Assembly: GCA_041690355.1 (NCBI GenBank)
Contig: JAWLHK010000028.1
Coordinates: 1 to 54,709 of the forward strand
From: a bacterium
Lineage (GTDB): Bacteria > J088 > JAWLBW01
Length of the DNA: 54,709 nt
Reading direction: 5' to 3'
Under the pieces are notes generated by a model. The model worked only from the letters and a program-made list of their open reading frames with translations. It was not told the origin of the DNA and made no database searches. Numbering within the stretch: position 1 is the stretch's first letter; each line of letters opens with the position of its first letter. The translations under genes were made by a program, and so were the position numbers. Positions 21,752-33,067 of this stretch are shown here, in pieces.

Positions 21752-22826
21752 GACGGTCTCCACTCAACGCGAGCAGCCTGTCGACGACGTTTCGCGCGGC
21801 GCCGGGGCGGGCGAGCGAACGCATGCCGTCGCGCATCTTCTCCAGGGCAACCGAATCGCCGCTCAACTCGCGGATGGCCGCGGCGAGCGTCTCGCCGGTG
21901 GTGTCGGCGTTGCGCAGCTTGCGGGCCGCTCCCGCGTGCACGAAGACGTCGGCGTTCTTTTCCTGGTGATTGTCGGCGGCGAAGGGGAACGGGATGAGGA
22001 TGGCGGGCAGCTCGGCCGCCGCCAGCTCGGCCAGGCTGGTTGCCCCTGCGCGACAGATGGCGAGCGACGCTCCCGCGTACTGGGCCGGCATGTCGTCGAA
22101 ATACGGGCGCACGTCGGCCTCGATGCCGGCCGCGCGATAAACCGCCGCGGCATCGACGTCGGGATCGCGGCCGGTCTGGTGCACGATGCGCAGACGATCC
22201 TTCATGTCGGCCAGCAGCGGCGCGGCGGCTGCCATGGCGTGGTTGATCGTGCGCGCACCCTGGCTCCCCCCGAAGACGAGCACCGTGAAGCGCTCCTCCG
22301 TATCCCCCCCGCGCGCGCGGATGGCCGCCCGGATGGGATTGCCGCACTCGAGGATACGTGGAGCAGCGAAACCGCTCGTGCCCGGCCAGCTCGTAAAGAC
22401 GCGCCGCACGAAGCGCCCGAGAATGCGGTTGGTGACGCCAGGGAGCGCATTCTGCTCCTGAATGGCCGTCGGCACCCCGAGCAGCCAGGCGGCGATGAGT
22501 ACCGGGCCGCTCGCGTAGCCGCCGACGCCGAGGACGGCCGACGGGCGGAACCGGCGGATGAGGGCCATCGAAGCCAGAATGCTGAGGGGAACCTGCAGGG
22601 CGGCCTTGGCAAGGGCGGCGAGCCCGCGGTTCTTGATCCCCTGGACCTTGATCGTCTCGAGCGCGTACCCCTGCGCCGGAACGACGCGGGCCTCGATACC
22701 GCGCTCGGTGCCCACGAAGAGCACCTGTGCCTGCGGGTCGGCTTCGCGCAGTGCCTCGGCGATGGCGAGCCCGGGATAGAGATGTCCGCCCGTACCGCCG
22801 CCGGCGATGATCCAGCGCGCGCTCAT
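21744..22826 (-). CDS. murG: lipid II GlcNAc transferase
   Basis: GGGTGGHLYP, GGYASGP, GGSQGA. Confidence 0.97.
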   Translation of the reverse strand: MSARWIIAGGGTGGHLYPGLAIAEALREADPQAQVLFVGTERGIEARVVPAQGYALETIKVQGIKNRGLAALAKAALQVPLSILASMALIRRFRPSAVLGVGGYASGPVLIAAWLLGVPTAIQEQNALPGVTNRILGRFVRRVFTSWPGTSGFAAPRILECGNPIRAAIRARGGDTEERFTVLVFGGSQGARTINHAMAAAAPLLADMKDRLRIVHQTGRDPDVDAAAVYRAAGIEADVRPYFDDMPAQYAGASLAICRAGATSLAELAAAELPAILIPFPFAADNHQEKNADVFVHAGAARKLRNADTTGETLAAAIRELSGDSVALEKMRDGMRSLARPGAARNVVDRLLALSGDRHV

Positions 22827-23956
22827 GCCGACCTCCCATGCATATGCACGCTCTGAAGAACGCCGAGGGCCATGAGATTCATGAGCAGGGCACTGCCCCC
22901 GTAGCTCATCATGGGCAGGGCGAGCCCCTTGGTCGGCAACAGCCCCATGACGACGCCCATGTTGATGAAAGCCTGCACCCCGAACATGACCGTCACGCCC
23001 GCGGCAAGGAAGGAGCCGTACTCGTCGCGCGCGCGCATGGCGATCGCCAGGCCGCGCCAGACGATGATCGCGTAGATGGCCACCAGAAAGAGAACGCCGA
23101 CGAAGCCGGCCTCTTCGCCGAAGACCGCGAAAATGAAATCGGTGTGCGCCTCGGGTAGAAAGAACAGCTTCTGGCGTCCCTCGCCGAGGCCCCGCCCCAG
23201 CGCTCCCCCCGAACCGAAAGCGATGTAACTCTGAATGATCTGGAAACCGACGCCGTCGGGGTCCTGCCACGGGTTGAGAAACGCGAGAATGCGGTTGCGC
23301 CGGTACTCGGCGCTGAAGAGAACCCAGTAAACGAGGGGCGCCGCCGCGAGCACCGTGCCGAAGATGTAGCTCAGACGCGTCCCCGCGACAAACAGCAGGG
23401 TGAAGGTAAGAAAGCCCATGATCATCGACGTGCCGAAATCGGGCTGCGCCAGGGTGAGCAGCATGAGCAGGCCGCTCATGACCAGGCTGGGCAGAAAACC
23501 CTGCTGCAGGTTGCGCACACGATCGCCGCGATTCGCCAGTGAATGGGCAAGATAGAAGATCAGGGCCAGCTTGGCGAATTCCGACGGCTGAATCGAGATG
23601 CCGCCGAGCCGGATCCACCGGCTGCTGCCACCGGCCGAATGGCCGAGGCCCGCCAGCACGACAACGAGACCGACGATCGCCGCGCCGTAGAGCAGCGGAG
23701 TCAGCTTGAGCCAGCGGTGATAGTCGATGTAGGCCGCGCCCGCCATGACGCCCAGGCCCAGAATGGCGAACACCGATTGCTTGAGCAGATAGAAATGCGC
23801 CGAGCCGAACGTACGCTCGGCGGCGATGCTGCTCGTCGAATACACGAAGAGAATCCCGAGCGAAAGCAGGGCGAGCGTGGCGCCGAGCAGTACGGCGTCA
23901 GGGTATCCTTCGCCCCAGTTCGTCCAGGTTCCGGTGCGCGTGCGCGTCCGGTGCAT
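22823..23956 (-). CDS. ftsW: SEDS peptidoglycan glycosyltransferase FtsW
   Basis: IQPSEFAK, QPDFGT, LPEAHTDFIF, SYGGS. Confidence 0.97.
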   Translation of the reverse strand: MHRTRTRTGTWTNWGEGYPDAVLLGATLALLSLGILFVYSTSSIAAERTFGSAHFYLLKQSVFAILGLGVMAGAAYIDYHRWLKLTPLLYGAAIVGLVVVLAGLGHSAGGSSRWIRLGGISIQPSEFAKLALIFYLAHSLANRGDRVRNLQQGFLPSLVMSGLLMLLTLAQPDFGTSMIMGFLTFTLLFVAGTRLSYIFGTVLAAAPLVYWVLFSAEYRRNRILAFLNPWQDPDGVGFQIIQSYIAFGSGGALGRGLGEGRQKLFFLPEAHTDFIFAVFGEEAGFVGVLFLVAIYAIIVWRGLAIAMRARDEYGSFLAAGVTVMFGVQAFINMGVVMGLLPTKGLALPMMSYGGSALLMNLMALGVLQSVHMHGRSA

Positions 23957-24038
23957 CTTGTCTGCGACAGATGTCAACTTTTGTCTCGATTCTTCTACAG
24001 CAGTCGCCAAACGTAGTATCCGGTCACAAAAAAATTTT

Positions 24039-25388
24039 TCACGGCTCGATTGCCTGCACGGCTGCCTGAAAGGCGAGGCCGCGCTCATGATAGTTCCTGA
24101 ACATGTCGAAAGAGGAGCACGCAGGCGACAACAGCACAACATCGCCGGGCCGTGCGGCCGCGGCGGCCTTGCGCACCGCCTCGTCCATGGTCTTGGCCTT
24201 GCGCACCGTCACCAGTTCACCCCACGCATCGGCAATCCGGTCGGCCGCCTCTCCGATGACGATCACGGCGCGCGCATGCTCACGCACGACCGCGTCGATC
24301 TCATGATAATCGCCCCCTTTGTCGACGCCGCCGGCGATGAGCACCACCGGCTGCGTGAAGCCCTGCAGCGCCGTGGCCACCGCGCCGATGTTGGTCCCCT
24401 TCGAGTCGTCGAAGTAGCTGACCCCGCGAACCTCGCGCACGAATTCGACCCGGTGCGGCAGCGGGCGGGCGTGCTCGAGAACGATGCGGATGTTCGCCGG
24501 CGTCGCACCGGCCGTGAGCGCGGCCAGCACCGCGGCCATGACGTTTTCTTCGTTGTGCCTCCCCTTGAGGGCAATCTCCTCGCGACGCAGCATGAAGACC
24601 GCGGCCGGAGTGCTGAAGTGCAGCCCCTCTGCGTCGGCCCAGGCGCCGAGCGCCACCGGCTCCTTGAAGCTCCACTTCCAGATCTGCGGACCATTCGGCA
24701 GCACGCGCGCGACCTGCGGGTCGTCGCCGTTGACGATTGCGATATCGTCGGGAAGCATGCGGCGGAACATGGCGGCCTTCGCCCGGGCGTATTCGTGGAT
24801 GGAGGGATACCGATCCAGGTGATCGGGAGTGATGTTCAGCAGCACGGCCACGTGCGGGCGGAACATGTCGGTAGCCTCCATCTGAAAGCTCGAAACCTCG
24901 ACGACGTACTGATCGTAGTCTTCACCCACGGCCTCAATGAGGGGCGTACCCAGATTGCCCCCCACGAACGGGTTCCACCCCGCCGCCTTGAGCAGATTGC
25001 CGAGCAAGGTCGTGGTCGTGCTCTTGCCGTTGGTGCCGCCGATGGCGAGAATCGGCTCGCGCAGCGCCTGCGAGGCCAGTTCGATCTCGCTCCACACCGG
25101 AATGCCTTTTTCACGCTGGCGGGCGACGGGCGGTATTTCGGGCGGAACACCGGGGCTCAACACGAGCAGATCGACGCCGTCGAGCGCGTTCTCCTTCTCG
25201 TGGCCCGTCCTCCGTTCCACATTTTCCAACGCGAGCCACTCGGCGCGGTCAGACTCGCCGAACTCCTCGAAAGGCTTCCTGTCGTAGGCGAGCACCCGCG
25301 CGCCCTGGTTCGCCAGGTAGCGGGCGACGCTGAGCCCGGTGCGGCCCATGCCGACGACGCCGACGGTTCTGTTCTTGTAGTTCGTCAT
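24039..25388 (-). CDS. murD: UDP-MurNAc-L-Ala-D-Glu ligase
   Basis: GTNGKSTT, EVSSFQ, DDSKGTN, SPACSSFD. Confidence 0.98.
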   Translation of the reverse strand: MTNYKNRTVGVVGMGRTGLSVARYLANQGARVLAYDRKPFEEFGESDRAEWLALENVERRTGHEKENALDGVDLLVLSPGVPPEIPPVARQREKGIPVWSEIELASQALREPILAIGGTNGKSTTTTLLGNLLKAAGWNPFVGGNLGTPLIEAVGEDYDQYVVEVSSFQMEATDMFRPHVAVLLNITPDHLDRYPSIHEYARAKAAMFRRMLPDDIAIVNGDDPQVARVLPNGPQIWKWSFKEPVALGAWADAEGLHFSTPAAVFMLRREEIALKGRHNEENVMAAVLAALTAGATPANIRIVLEHARPLPHRVEFVREVRGVSYFDDSKGTNIGAVATALQGFTQPVVLIAGGVDKGGDYHEIDAVVREHARAVIVIGEAADRIADAWGELVTVRKAKTMDEAVRKAAAAARPGDVVLLSPACSSFDMFRNYHERGLAFQAAVQAIEP

Positions 25389-26479
25389 CAGCGTAGTTTC
25401 AGCGTGCTCAAGGCGACCAGCGCCAGGATCAACCCGATGATCCAGAAGCGGACGACGATTTTTGTTTCAGGCCAGCCCAGCAGTTCGAAGTGGTGATGAA
25501 TCGGGCTCATGCGGAAAATCCGCTTGCCGAAGGTCTTGAACGAAAAGACCTGAAGCATGACCGAGAGGGCCTCGACGACGAATACCCCGCCGACGAGAAC
25601 GAGCACGATCTCCTGCTTGACCATGATGGCCACGGCGCCGATCGCGCCGCCCAGCGAGAGACTGCCCACGTCGCCCATGAAGACCTGGGCGGGATAACTG
25701 TTGAACCAGAGAAAGCCGATGCCCGCGCCCATGAGCGCCGCGCAGAAGACGGCGAGCTCGCCCGAAGCCGGAAGGTAGTAGATGTTCAGGTACCGTGCAA
25801 TGACGACGTGGCCGGCCACATAGGCGAAGATAAGGTACGTGCCCGCCGTGATGATGACGTTACCCGTCGCCAGTCCGTCCAGGCCATCGGTCAGATTGAC
25901 CGCATTCGACGCTCCCGCGATGACCAGCATGGCGAACGGAATGTAGAACCACCCGAGATCCGGGGCGTAGGTCTTGAGAAACGGGATGGTGAGCTTCAGA
26001 TTGTAGATCGGCGCGGCCTGATGGGCTTCCCAGTACAGCGCACCGCCGAGCAGTCCGGCGAAGAGAAACCCGAGCGCCAGCTTCTTTCTGCCGGCCAGCC
26101 CTTCAGAGGATTTCTTCTTGATCTTGAGGTAATCGTCGAGAAAGCCGATGGCGCCGTAAGACACCGTCAGGGCAACCGTGTAGAGTACGAGCCGGTTCGT
26201 GATGTCGGCCCAGAGCAGGGTCGAAATCACGATGGAGAAGAGAATGAGCACGCCCCCCATCGTGGGCGTATTCTTCTTCGCGAAGTGCGCCTTCGGTCCC
26301 TCCTCCCGGATGACCTGGCCGTACTTGAGTCTGCGCAGCCACTCAATCGTGCGGGGCCCGAGCAGAAAGCTGATGGCCATGGCGGTAAGCGCGGCCATGA
26401 TCGTGCGGAACGTGATGTACTGAAACACGTTGAACGAGCTGAACTCGAACCGCAGCGGATAGAGAAGAAGATACAGCAT
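25388..26479 (-). CDS. mraY: phospho-MurNAc-pentapeptide transferase
   Basis: [27 protein letters not shown]. Confidence 0.98.
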   Translation of the reverse strand: MLYLLLYPLRFEFSSFNVFQYITFRTIMAALTAMAISFLLGPRTIEWLRRLKYGQVIREEGPKAHFAKKNTPTMGGVLILFSIVISTLLWADITNRLVLYTVALTVSYGAIGFLDDYLKIKKKSSEGLAGRKKLALGFLFAGLLGGALYWEAHQAAPIYNLKLTIPFLKTYAPDLGWFYIPFAMLVIAGASNAVNLTDGLDGLATGNVIITAGTYLIFAYVAGHVVIARYLNIYYLPASGELAVFCAALMGAGIGFLWFNSYPAQVFMGDVGSLSLGGAIGAVAIMVKQEIVLVLVGGVFVVEALSVMLQVFSFKTFGKRIFRMSPIHHHFELLGWPETKIVVRFWIIGLILALVALSTLKLR

Positions 26480-27849
26480 CAGTGCTCCGTCCCCTCGCCG
26501 CGCAGTCCCGCGACAACCCGATCGAGTTTCACGCCCCGCGAACCCTTGACGAGCAGCGTGTCGCCCGCACGCAGCCATGCGCCGACCTCAGCGGTCAGTG
26601 CGTCGAGATCCTTGGCCACCGAGGTCTCGACTCCGGTAGCCGTGCGCGCCACGACCGGCGCCCACTCGCCCACGAGCCAGACCCTGTCGGGGGCCGCGGC
26701 GGCGATCTGTTCCCCCAGTTCCACGTGGTAGCGCGGCGCGGCCTCACCCAGCTCCAGCATGTCGCCGAGCACGGCCGCCGTGCGCCCTTCGCCCCGGGCG
26801 CCGCGCAGAATGCGCAGAGCCTCGCGCATGGAGGCCGGATTGGCGTTGTAGCAGTCGGCGATGATGCGCGCGCCGCGTGGGCCCGTGAGCACTTCGTTGC
26901 GCAGCCTGAACGGGAGCGCCTGCTCGAGTCCGGCTTTGATTTCTTCCAGCGGGAGCCCCATTTCAAGGGCCGCAGCCGTCGCGGCCAGGGCATTGCGCAG
27001 GTTGTGTTCGCCGGGCAGACGCAGTTCGACGTCGACCTCACCGTGGGGCGTGACGAGGCTGAAGCGCTGTCCGTTAAGACCGAGCTGCTCGACATTGCGC
27101 GCGCTCACGTGGCTGCCCGCCCGCAGACCGAACCACACGATGCGGCGCTGAGAACCCTGGCCGAACCGGCGCAGCAGCGGATCGTCGGCATTGAGAATGA
27201 GCGGGAACTCGGCCGGCATTTCGCGGGCAAGTTCGGTCTTGGCCCGCAGAACCCCGTCGAGGTTCTCGACCCCCTCGAGGTGACCGGGCCCGATGTTGTT
27301 GATGAGGCCGAGGGTCGGGCGCACAATCTGCGTCAGCCGCCCGATCTCGCCGAAGCGGTTCATGCCGATTTCGATGGCCCCATAGCGATGCTCGGTGCCC
27401 ATGCGGAACAAGGTCAGCGGCACGCCGATGAGGTTGTTGAAATTTCCCTCGTTGACGAGAATGGTCCGGCGCGAGAACATGGAGCGTATCAGTTCCTTGG
27501 TCGTCGTCTTTCCGGTCGTGCCCGTGAGCGCGAGCACCGGCATGGAGAACCGCTCGCGGTAGGCCCGGGCGAGTTCGCCCAGGGCATGCAACGTATCTTC
27601 GACCTGCCAGACGGGAATCGGCGGCAGCGTTGCCGGCGCAACCGAGACGACCAGCCCGCCCGCGCCGCGCGCGAGGGCGTCGGGGATGAAGTCGTGACCG
27701 TCGAAGCGATCCCCGCGCAGGGCCACGAACAGGGCACCCGAGGGGAATGCACGCGAATCGGTCGCGACCGCGTCGAACGAAGCAGCCGTTCCGGGATTCA
27801 GGCGCGCGAATCCCGGATACTGATCGATCTGTTCGCTCTCAAAAAGCAT
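26479..27849 (-). CDS. murF: UDP-MurNAc-tripeptide D-Ala-D-Ala ligase
   Basis: [29 protein letters not shown]. Confidence 0.97.
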   Translation of the reverse strand: MLFESEQIDQYPGFARLNPGTAASFDAVATDSRAFPSGALFVALRGDRFDGHDFIPDALARGAGGLVVSVAPATLPPIPVWQVEDTLHALGELARAYRERFSMPVLALTGTTGKTTTKELIRSMFSRRTILVNEGNFNNLIGVPLTLFRMGTEHRYGAIEIGMNRFGEIGRLTQIVRPTLGLINNIGPGHLEGVENLDGVLRAKTELAREMPAEFPLILNADDPLLRRFGQGSQRRIVWFGLRAGSHVSARNVEQLGLNGQRFSLVTPHGEVDVELRLPGEHNLRNALAATAAALEMGLPLEEIKAGLEQALPFRLRNEVLTGPRGARIIADCYNANPASMREALRILRGARGEGRTAAVLGDMLELGEAAPRYHVELGEQIAAAAPDRVWLVGEWAPVVARTATGVETSVAKDLDALTAEVGAWLRAGDTLLVKGSRGVKLDRVVAGLRGEGTEH

Positions 27850-29306
27850 CAGCCTGCTACCTCCCGCCGCTGCAGGGCGGCGCGCACTTCTTCGCGGTCG
27901 TCGAACGGAAGCCGCTCGGCCCCGATAATCTGATAGGTCTCATGACCCTTGCCGGCGACCAGGACGACATCGCCCGGCCGGGCAAGCGAGACCGCGGCCG
28001 CGATGGCTTTCCGGCGGTCCGGCTCGACGACGTAGCCCCGCTCGCCGTCGAGCGCGGCCAAGCCGCTCTCGACGATGCCGGGTTGCACCTCAGCCAGGAT
28101 CGCAGTGGGATCTTCGGTGCGTGGATTGTCGGAAGTCAGCACGACAACGTCGCTGCGGGCACCGGCGGCAAGCCCCATGCGGGGGCGCTTGCCGCGATCG
28201 CGGTCGCCGCCGCAGCCGAAGACGGTGATCACCCGTCCGGCCGCAAAGGCGCGCAGGGAATCGAGGACGTTTGCGAGCGCATCTTCGGAGTGCGCATAGT
28301 CCACATAGACGTGGATGCCCGCACCCGCAAAGTGTTCGAGGCGTCCGGGAACCCCCCGCGTCGACCGCAGGGCACGCAAGGCGGGCTCGGGCTCGACCCC
28401 GATGGCGAGGGCGGCAGCAAGCGCCTGTACCGCGTTATAGACATTGTGGCGGCCAGGCATGTCACACTCGATCCGGTGCGCACCATAGGGCGTGTGGACG
28501 TCGACTTCAAACCCGGCAGGATGCAGATTCGGCTCAGCGAAACTGAAATCACCGGTACCGAGCCCGACCGTCCACACGGCGGTCTCGACTTCAGAAGCAA
28601 GGCGAGCGCCGTACGGGTCGTCGACATTGATGACGGCGCGCGCCGGTTTCGGAGATGCCGCAAGCAGAGCGCGGAACAGGCGCGCCTTGGCCTGATAGTA
28701 GGCTTCCATCGAGCCGTGATAGTCCAGATGGTCCCGCGACAGGTTCGTAAAGACGCCGACGTCGAAGCTCGTTTCGTCGACACGGTGCTCATCCAGGGCG
28801 TGGCTGCTCACTTCCATGACCACCGAACGCCCGCCAGCTTCGCGCATCTCGGCAAGGATTCCCTGCAGGGTGACCGAGTCGGGGGTCGTATTCGGCGCCG
28901 GCCAGCGGTGCTCGCCGCAGCGGTACTCGACCGTCCCGATCAAGCCGGGCCGCAGGCCTGCTTCGGTAAGAATCCTTTCGATGAGATACGTGGTCGTGGT
29001 CTTGCCGTTCGTGCCGGTCACACCGATGGTCGGCATCCCCAGTGAAGGCCGGGCATAGAACGAGGCGGCGAGCGCCGGCAGCCGTTGCGTCAGATCGGGA
29101 ATCACGACGAGAGGGGCCCCGACGTCGGCGGCGCGATCGGAAAGCACACACACGGCCCCCCTCTCGACGGCCGCGCGCGCGTAATCGAGCCCGTGCACCG
29201 TGTGCCCGGGGAGCGCGACGAAGACGGAGCCCGGCCGTGCGCGGCGCGAATCGGCCACGAGCAGCGAGGCCTCGAGCCCCGACGAAGCCGAAACTCCGTT
29301 ATCCAT
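27849..29306 (-). CDS. murE: UDP-MurNAc-dipeptide meso-DAP ligase
   Basis: GTNGKTT, EVSSH, DNPR (DAP specificity), GKGHE. Confidence 0.97.
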   Translation of the reverse strand: MDNGVSASSGLEASLLVADSRRARPGSVFVALPGHTVHGLDYARAAVERGAVCVLSDRAADVGAPLVVIPDLTQRLPALAASFYARPSLGMPTIGVTGTNGKTTTTYLIERILTEAGLRPGLIGTVEYRCGEHRWPAPNTTPDSVTLQGILAEMREAGGRSVVMEVSSHALDEHRVDETSFDVGVFTNLSRDHLDYHGSMEAYYQAKARLFRALLAASPKPARAVINVDDPYGARLASEVETAVWTVGLGTGDFSFAEPNLHPAGFEVDVHTPYGAHRIECDMPGRHNVYNAVQALAAALAIGVEPEPALRALRSTRGVPGRLEHFAGAGIHVYVDYAHSEDALANVLDSLRAFAAGRVITVFGCGGDRDRGKRPRMGLAAGARSDVVVLTSDNPRTEDPTAILAEVQPGIVESGLAALDGERGYVVEPDRRKAIAAAVSLARPGDVVLVAGKGHETYQIIGAERLPFDDREEVRAALQRREVAG

Positions 29307-29416
29307 CAACCATTGATCAACAGCCACCACGCAGACCGGCACCTTTCCCGGTAAAGGCCATCATTGTGACAACGTACTACAAACTACGACAAGAGTTCGG
29401 ACCGCTCGACTCCGCG

Positions 29417-31321
29417 TCACAGCGGTCTGAAAACGACCTCACACTTCATACCTGCGCACCGCGCGCTCCGGGCAATGCCGGTACCGTGCGGAACGATCTG
29501 GACACCGTTGCGCGAAGCGACCTGCAGGGCTTCACGCATCGTCAATCCGGCGAAACGGATCCCCTCCGGCGCGGTCGCATCCGCGGCCATCGGCAGGGGC
29601 TCGGGCACCGCCGCGTGCACTTCGGGAAGCAAAGGCTTCTCCGGCGGCACCTGCAGCTGCTGCATGGCGCGGGCGGCGATGCGCGCGAAGACCGGCGCCG
29701 CCACGACGCCGCCGTAAATGGAGCCACTGGGCTCGTCGAGACTGACCAGAATGGAAACGCGCGGATCATCGGCCGGCACGAAGCCCGAAAAGCTCGCCAG
29801 ATACTTCTCGCGCGAATAAAGCCCCGTCTTCGCATCGATTTTCTGGGCCGTACCGGTCTTTCCCGCCACCTGATAACCGGGTATGTTCGCCTGCGGCGCG
29901 GTGCCGTCGGCGTCCACGACCGACTTGAGCACCCTGCGCACCCGCTCGGCCGTGCTCGCGCTGATGGGGCGCCCGCGAACCTCGGGGGCGGCTTCGAACA
30001 CGGTACGCCCCTTGTCGTCGACGATCCGCTCCACCACATAAGGGCGCAGCAGGCGTCCGCCATTCGCGATGGACGTCATGGCGTTGGCCTGTTGCAGCGG
30101 GGTCGACGCGATGCCCATGCCGTAACTCGACGTCGCAAGGAGCACTTCGCCCCAGCGGTTCACCGGGCGCATGAGCCCGCCCGATTCGCCCGGAAGGTCG
30201 ATGCCCGTGGGCGACCCGAAGCCGAAGGCGGTCAGATAGCGGTACCAGGCTTCCTTACCGAGCATCTTGCCGATCTTCAGCGAGCCGATGTTCGAAGAGT
30301 ACTTCACGACCTGGGCCGCGGTGAGCCAGCCGTGCTCCTTCGTATCGCGGATTTCGCGATCGGCAACCCGGAAACGGCCGTTTTCGCAGAAGATAATCGT
30401 ATCGGTCGACAGCAGCTTCTCTTCGAGCGCCGCCGCGAGCAGAAGCGGCTTCACAGTCGAGCCGGCTTCGTAGACATCGGTCACGACGCGGTTGCGTACG
30501 CGGCTCATCTGGGAGCCGAAGTGATTCGGATCGAGCGGCGGCGAAGTGACCATGGCCAGAATGGCGCCCGTGTCGACATCCTGCACGACAGCGACACCGC
30601 TCTTGGCTTCGTATTTCTTCACCGCTTCGTCGAGCGAGCGCTGCGCTTCCCAGGCAATACTCTTGTCGACGGTGAGCTGCACGCGGTAGCCGCCGGCCGC
30701 CAGGCGCTCGCCCATCTCGCCGATGGAAATGCCGCGCCCGAGGGCGTCGCGTTGCAGCTCGACCACCTGGGGCCGGCTGCGGATGTAATCGTCGTAGGCC
30801 CGTTCGATGCCTTCGAGACCCACCGAGTCGACGCCGACGAACCCGAGCAGCTGCCCCTGGATGGCCCCGTTCGGATAGTAGCGTTTGGATTCCCGCGTGA
30901 ACTGGATGCCGGCAAGGTCGAGCTTGCGCAGCGCTTCGGCGACGGGCGCGTCGAGCTGCCGCTCAATCCAGACAAAGCGCGATTTCTTACGCAGCAGAGA
31001 CTCAATCTGGGCCGCGGGGCGGCGCAGCACTCCGGCGATGGCCTTGGCCGTCGCGGGCACGTCCTCGACGTTCTTCGGATCGGCGAACACGGAGTCGACC
31101 GTAAGGCTCACGGCAAGCTCCTCGCCGTTGCGGTCGAGAATCTCGCCGCGCCGCGGCAGGCTGCGTTCGGTGCGCTGCTGCTGCTGATCGGCCAGCGTGC
31201 GCAGCACGACCCCCTTGCGAAGCTGCAGATCGGCGGCACGCGCCAGCAGCACCACGAAAAGCACCCCGAGAACCCCCCCGAGGACGCGAACCCGTGTGCG
31301 AATGGTTCGGCGACGGCTCAC
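29417..31321 (-). CDS. ftsI: division transpeptidase PBP3
   Basis: GSTVK (SxxK), SSN, KTGT; C-terminal PASTA-like segment. Confidence 0.95.
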   Translation of the reverse strand: MSRRRTIRTRVRVLGGVLGVLFVVLLARAADLQLRKGVVLRTLADQQQQRTERSLPRRGEILDRNGEELAVSLTVDSVFADPKNVEDVPATAKAIAGVLRRPAAQIESLLRKKSRFVWIERQLDAPVAEALRKLDLAGIQFTRESKRYYPNGAIQGQLLGFVGVDSVGLEGIERAYDDYIRSRPQVVELQRDALGRGISIGEMGERLAAGGYRVQLTVDKSIAWEAQRSLDEAVKKYEAKSGVAVVQDVDTGAILAMVTSPPLDPNHFGSQMSRVRNRVVTDVYEAGSTVKPLLLAAALEEKLLSTDTIIFCENGRFRVADREIRDTKEHGWLTAAQVVKYSSNIGSLKIGKMLGKEAWYRYLTAFGFGSPTGIDLPGESGGLMRPVNRWGEVLLATSSYGMGIASTPLQQANAMTSIANGGRLLRPYVVERIVDDKGRTVFEAAPEVRGRPISASTAERVRRVLKSVVDADGTAPQANIPGYQVAGKTGTAQKIDAKTGLYSREKYLASFSGFVPADDPRVSILVSLDEPSGSIYGGVVAAPVFARIAARAMQQLQVPPEKPLLPEVHAAVPEPLPMAADATAPEGIRFAGLTMREALQVASRNGVQIVPHGTGIARSARCAGMKCEVVFRPL

Positions 31322-31662
31322 CGGCCCTCCTTCATGCGCACAATCTGGCCAGGAGCCGGGGCAGACAGGCCGTACCGCGCCGCCGCCTGCTCGAGGCGCG
31401 CGGGATCGCGCAGGCGCTGAAGCTGCAGCGTGAGCGCACGCTGCTCTTCGCGGAGCGCCTCCTGTTCACGGCCCGCACGGACGGCATCGTAGCCCGCCTC
31501 GAGAATGGCGACCCGGCTCCAGACATGAAACAGGCCCACGGCCAGAAAAAGCGTGAAGCCAAGCGCCAGAACGCCGATCACCGAAAAACCCCGCGTCTCG
31601 CCGCGATCGCGCACACGGGATGGCGCACCGATGGCGACGGCTCTCGTCTGCGTGGCACTCAT
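31318..31662 (-). CDS. ftsL: cell division protein FtsL
   Basis: TM + coiled coil + RLEQAA..GL; position between rsmH and ftsI. Confidence 0.85.
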   Translation of the reverse strand: MSATQTRAVAIGAPSRVRDRGETRGFSVIGVLALGFTLFLAVGLFHVWSRVAILEAGYDAVRAGREQEALREEQRALTLQLQRLRDPARLEQAAARYGLSAPAPGQIVRMKEGR

Positions 31663-32582
31663 GCGGCGATCCTCTCAGCAACGCGGAGTTTCGCGCTGCG
31701 CGCCCGGGGGTTCTGGGCAATCTCTTCTTCGCCCGGCCGGATCGTCTTGCGTTGGATTTCGCGCATGCGCGGCAGGTTTCCGCACCGGCAGACGGGGAAA
31801 TCGGGCGGGCAGACGCACCCGCGTCCGAGCGCGCGAAAGGTCTGCTTCACCATTCGATCTTCCAGCGAGTGAAATGAAATGACGGCGACGCGAGCTCCGC
31901 CGGCCAGTCCGTCGGGGAGGTCGGCCAGAAACGACTCGAGTTCGCCGAGCTCGTCGTTCACCGCGATGCGCAGCGCCTGAAAAACGAGCGTGGCCGGGTG
32001 AATGCGCCCATAACGCCGTGCCGGAGCCACGGCCGAGGCGACGATATCGGCCAGGGCGCCCGTCGTCTCGATCGGCCGCGCGGCGACAATGGCGCGGGAG
32101 ATGCGCCGCGCGTCAGGTTCTTCGCCGTAACGGCGGAACAGGCGCGCGAGCTCGTCGGCCTCGAGCCGGTTCACGAGGTCGGCGGCCGATTCGCCTTCGC
32201 TGCGATTCATCCGCATGTCGAGCGGCCCCTGCTTCTGAAACGAAAAGCCGCGTTCAGGCGTGTCCATCTGATAGCTCGAAAAACCGAGGTCCAGCAGTAT
32301 GCCGTCGACCTCGGACCAACCGTTGTCCTGCGCCAGGCGCCGCCAGTCGCGGTAGTGCCCCTGCACCACCCGCGCCCGATCGCCGTATTTCGCCAGCCGC
32401 TCGCGCACCCGGGCCACCGCCTCGGGATCCCGATCAATGGCGAGCAGTCTGACCTCGGGGCCCTGATCCAGAATGGCCTCAGCGTGCCCCCCGCCGCCTG
32501 CGGTGCCATCGACGATGCGTCCGCGCCCCAGGGGCACGGTCGCATTCACGGCTTCCTCGAGCAGTACGGTGACGTGGCTCAA
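31659..32582 (-). CDS. rsmH: 16S rRNA m4C1402 methyltransferase
   Basis: HVTVLLEE, DLGFSSYQ, LDMRM, FHSLEDR, NPRARSAKLR. Confidence 0.98.
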   Translation of the reverse strand: MSHVTVLLEEAVNATVPLGRGRIVDGTAGGGGHAEAILDQGPEVRLLAIDRDPEAVARVRERLAKYGDRARVVQGHYRDWRRLAQDNGWSEVDGILLDLGFSSYQMDTPERGFSFQKQGPLDMRMNRSEGESAADLVNRLEADELARLFRRYGEEPDARRISRAIVAARPIETTGALADIVASAVAPARRYGRIHPATLVFQALRIAVNDELGELESFLADLPDGLAGGARVAVISFHSLEDRMVKQTFRALGRGCVCPPDFPVCRCGNLPRMREIQRKTIRPGEEEIAQNPRARSAKLRVAERIAA

Positions 32583-32600
32583 CGGCGCACTCCGCCGGAA

Positions 32601-33059
32601 TCAGAGTCCGTACTGCGCAAGGCGGTCGCGATGCTGCAGCAGCATGTCGTCAACATCCTGGGCCTTCTTCCACTCGTCGACACTCCACATCTCGATCAGA
32701 TTGTTGTCGCCGACCAGCATGGCGTCCTTGGCCACCCCGACCTTTTCGCGCAGAAGAGCGGGCACGAGAATCCGGCCCTGCTTGTCGAGTTGACACTCTT
32801 CGGCGTTGGAGACCACTTTGCGTTTGTACAGCATGACAGCGGGGTCGGAGGCCGGCGCGGCGCGCAGACGCTCGAGAATGCCCTCGAACTCCACGCGCGG
32901 AAAGACATGCAGGCACCGATCGATCCGATCGATACCACGGGCGCTCAGCGTCACGACGAGTCGCTCATCGTACTGCCGGCTGAGGACATCGCGGAAACGC
33001 GCGGGGAGATTAATGCGCCCCTTGTCGTCCAGCGTATGTTGGCTCTGGCCCACGAACAT
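32601..33059 (-). CDS. mraZ: transcriptional regulator MraZ
   Basis: Two DxxGR motifs (DDKGR, DKQGR). Confidence 0.96.
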   Translation of the reverse strand: MFVGQSQHTLDDKGRINLPARFRDVLSRQYDERLVVTLSARGIDRIDRCLHVFPRVEFEGILERLRAAPASDPAVMLYKRKVVSNAEECQLDKQGRILVPALLREKVGVAKDAMLVGDNNLIEMWSVDEWKKAQDVDDMLLQHRDRLAQYGL

Positions 33060-33067
33060 GCTTATTC

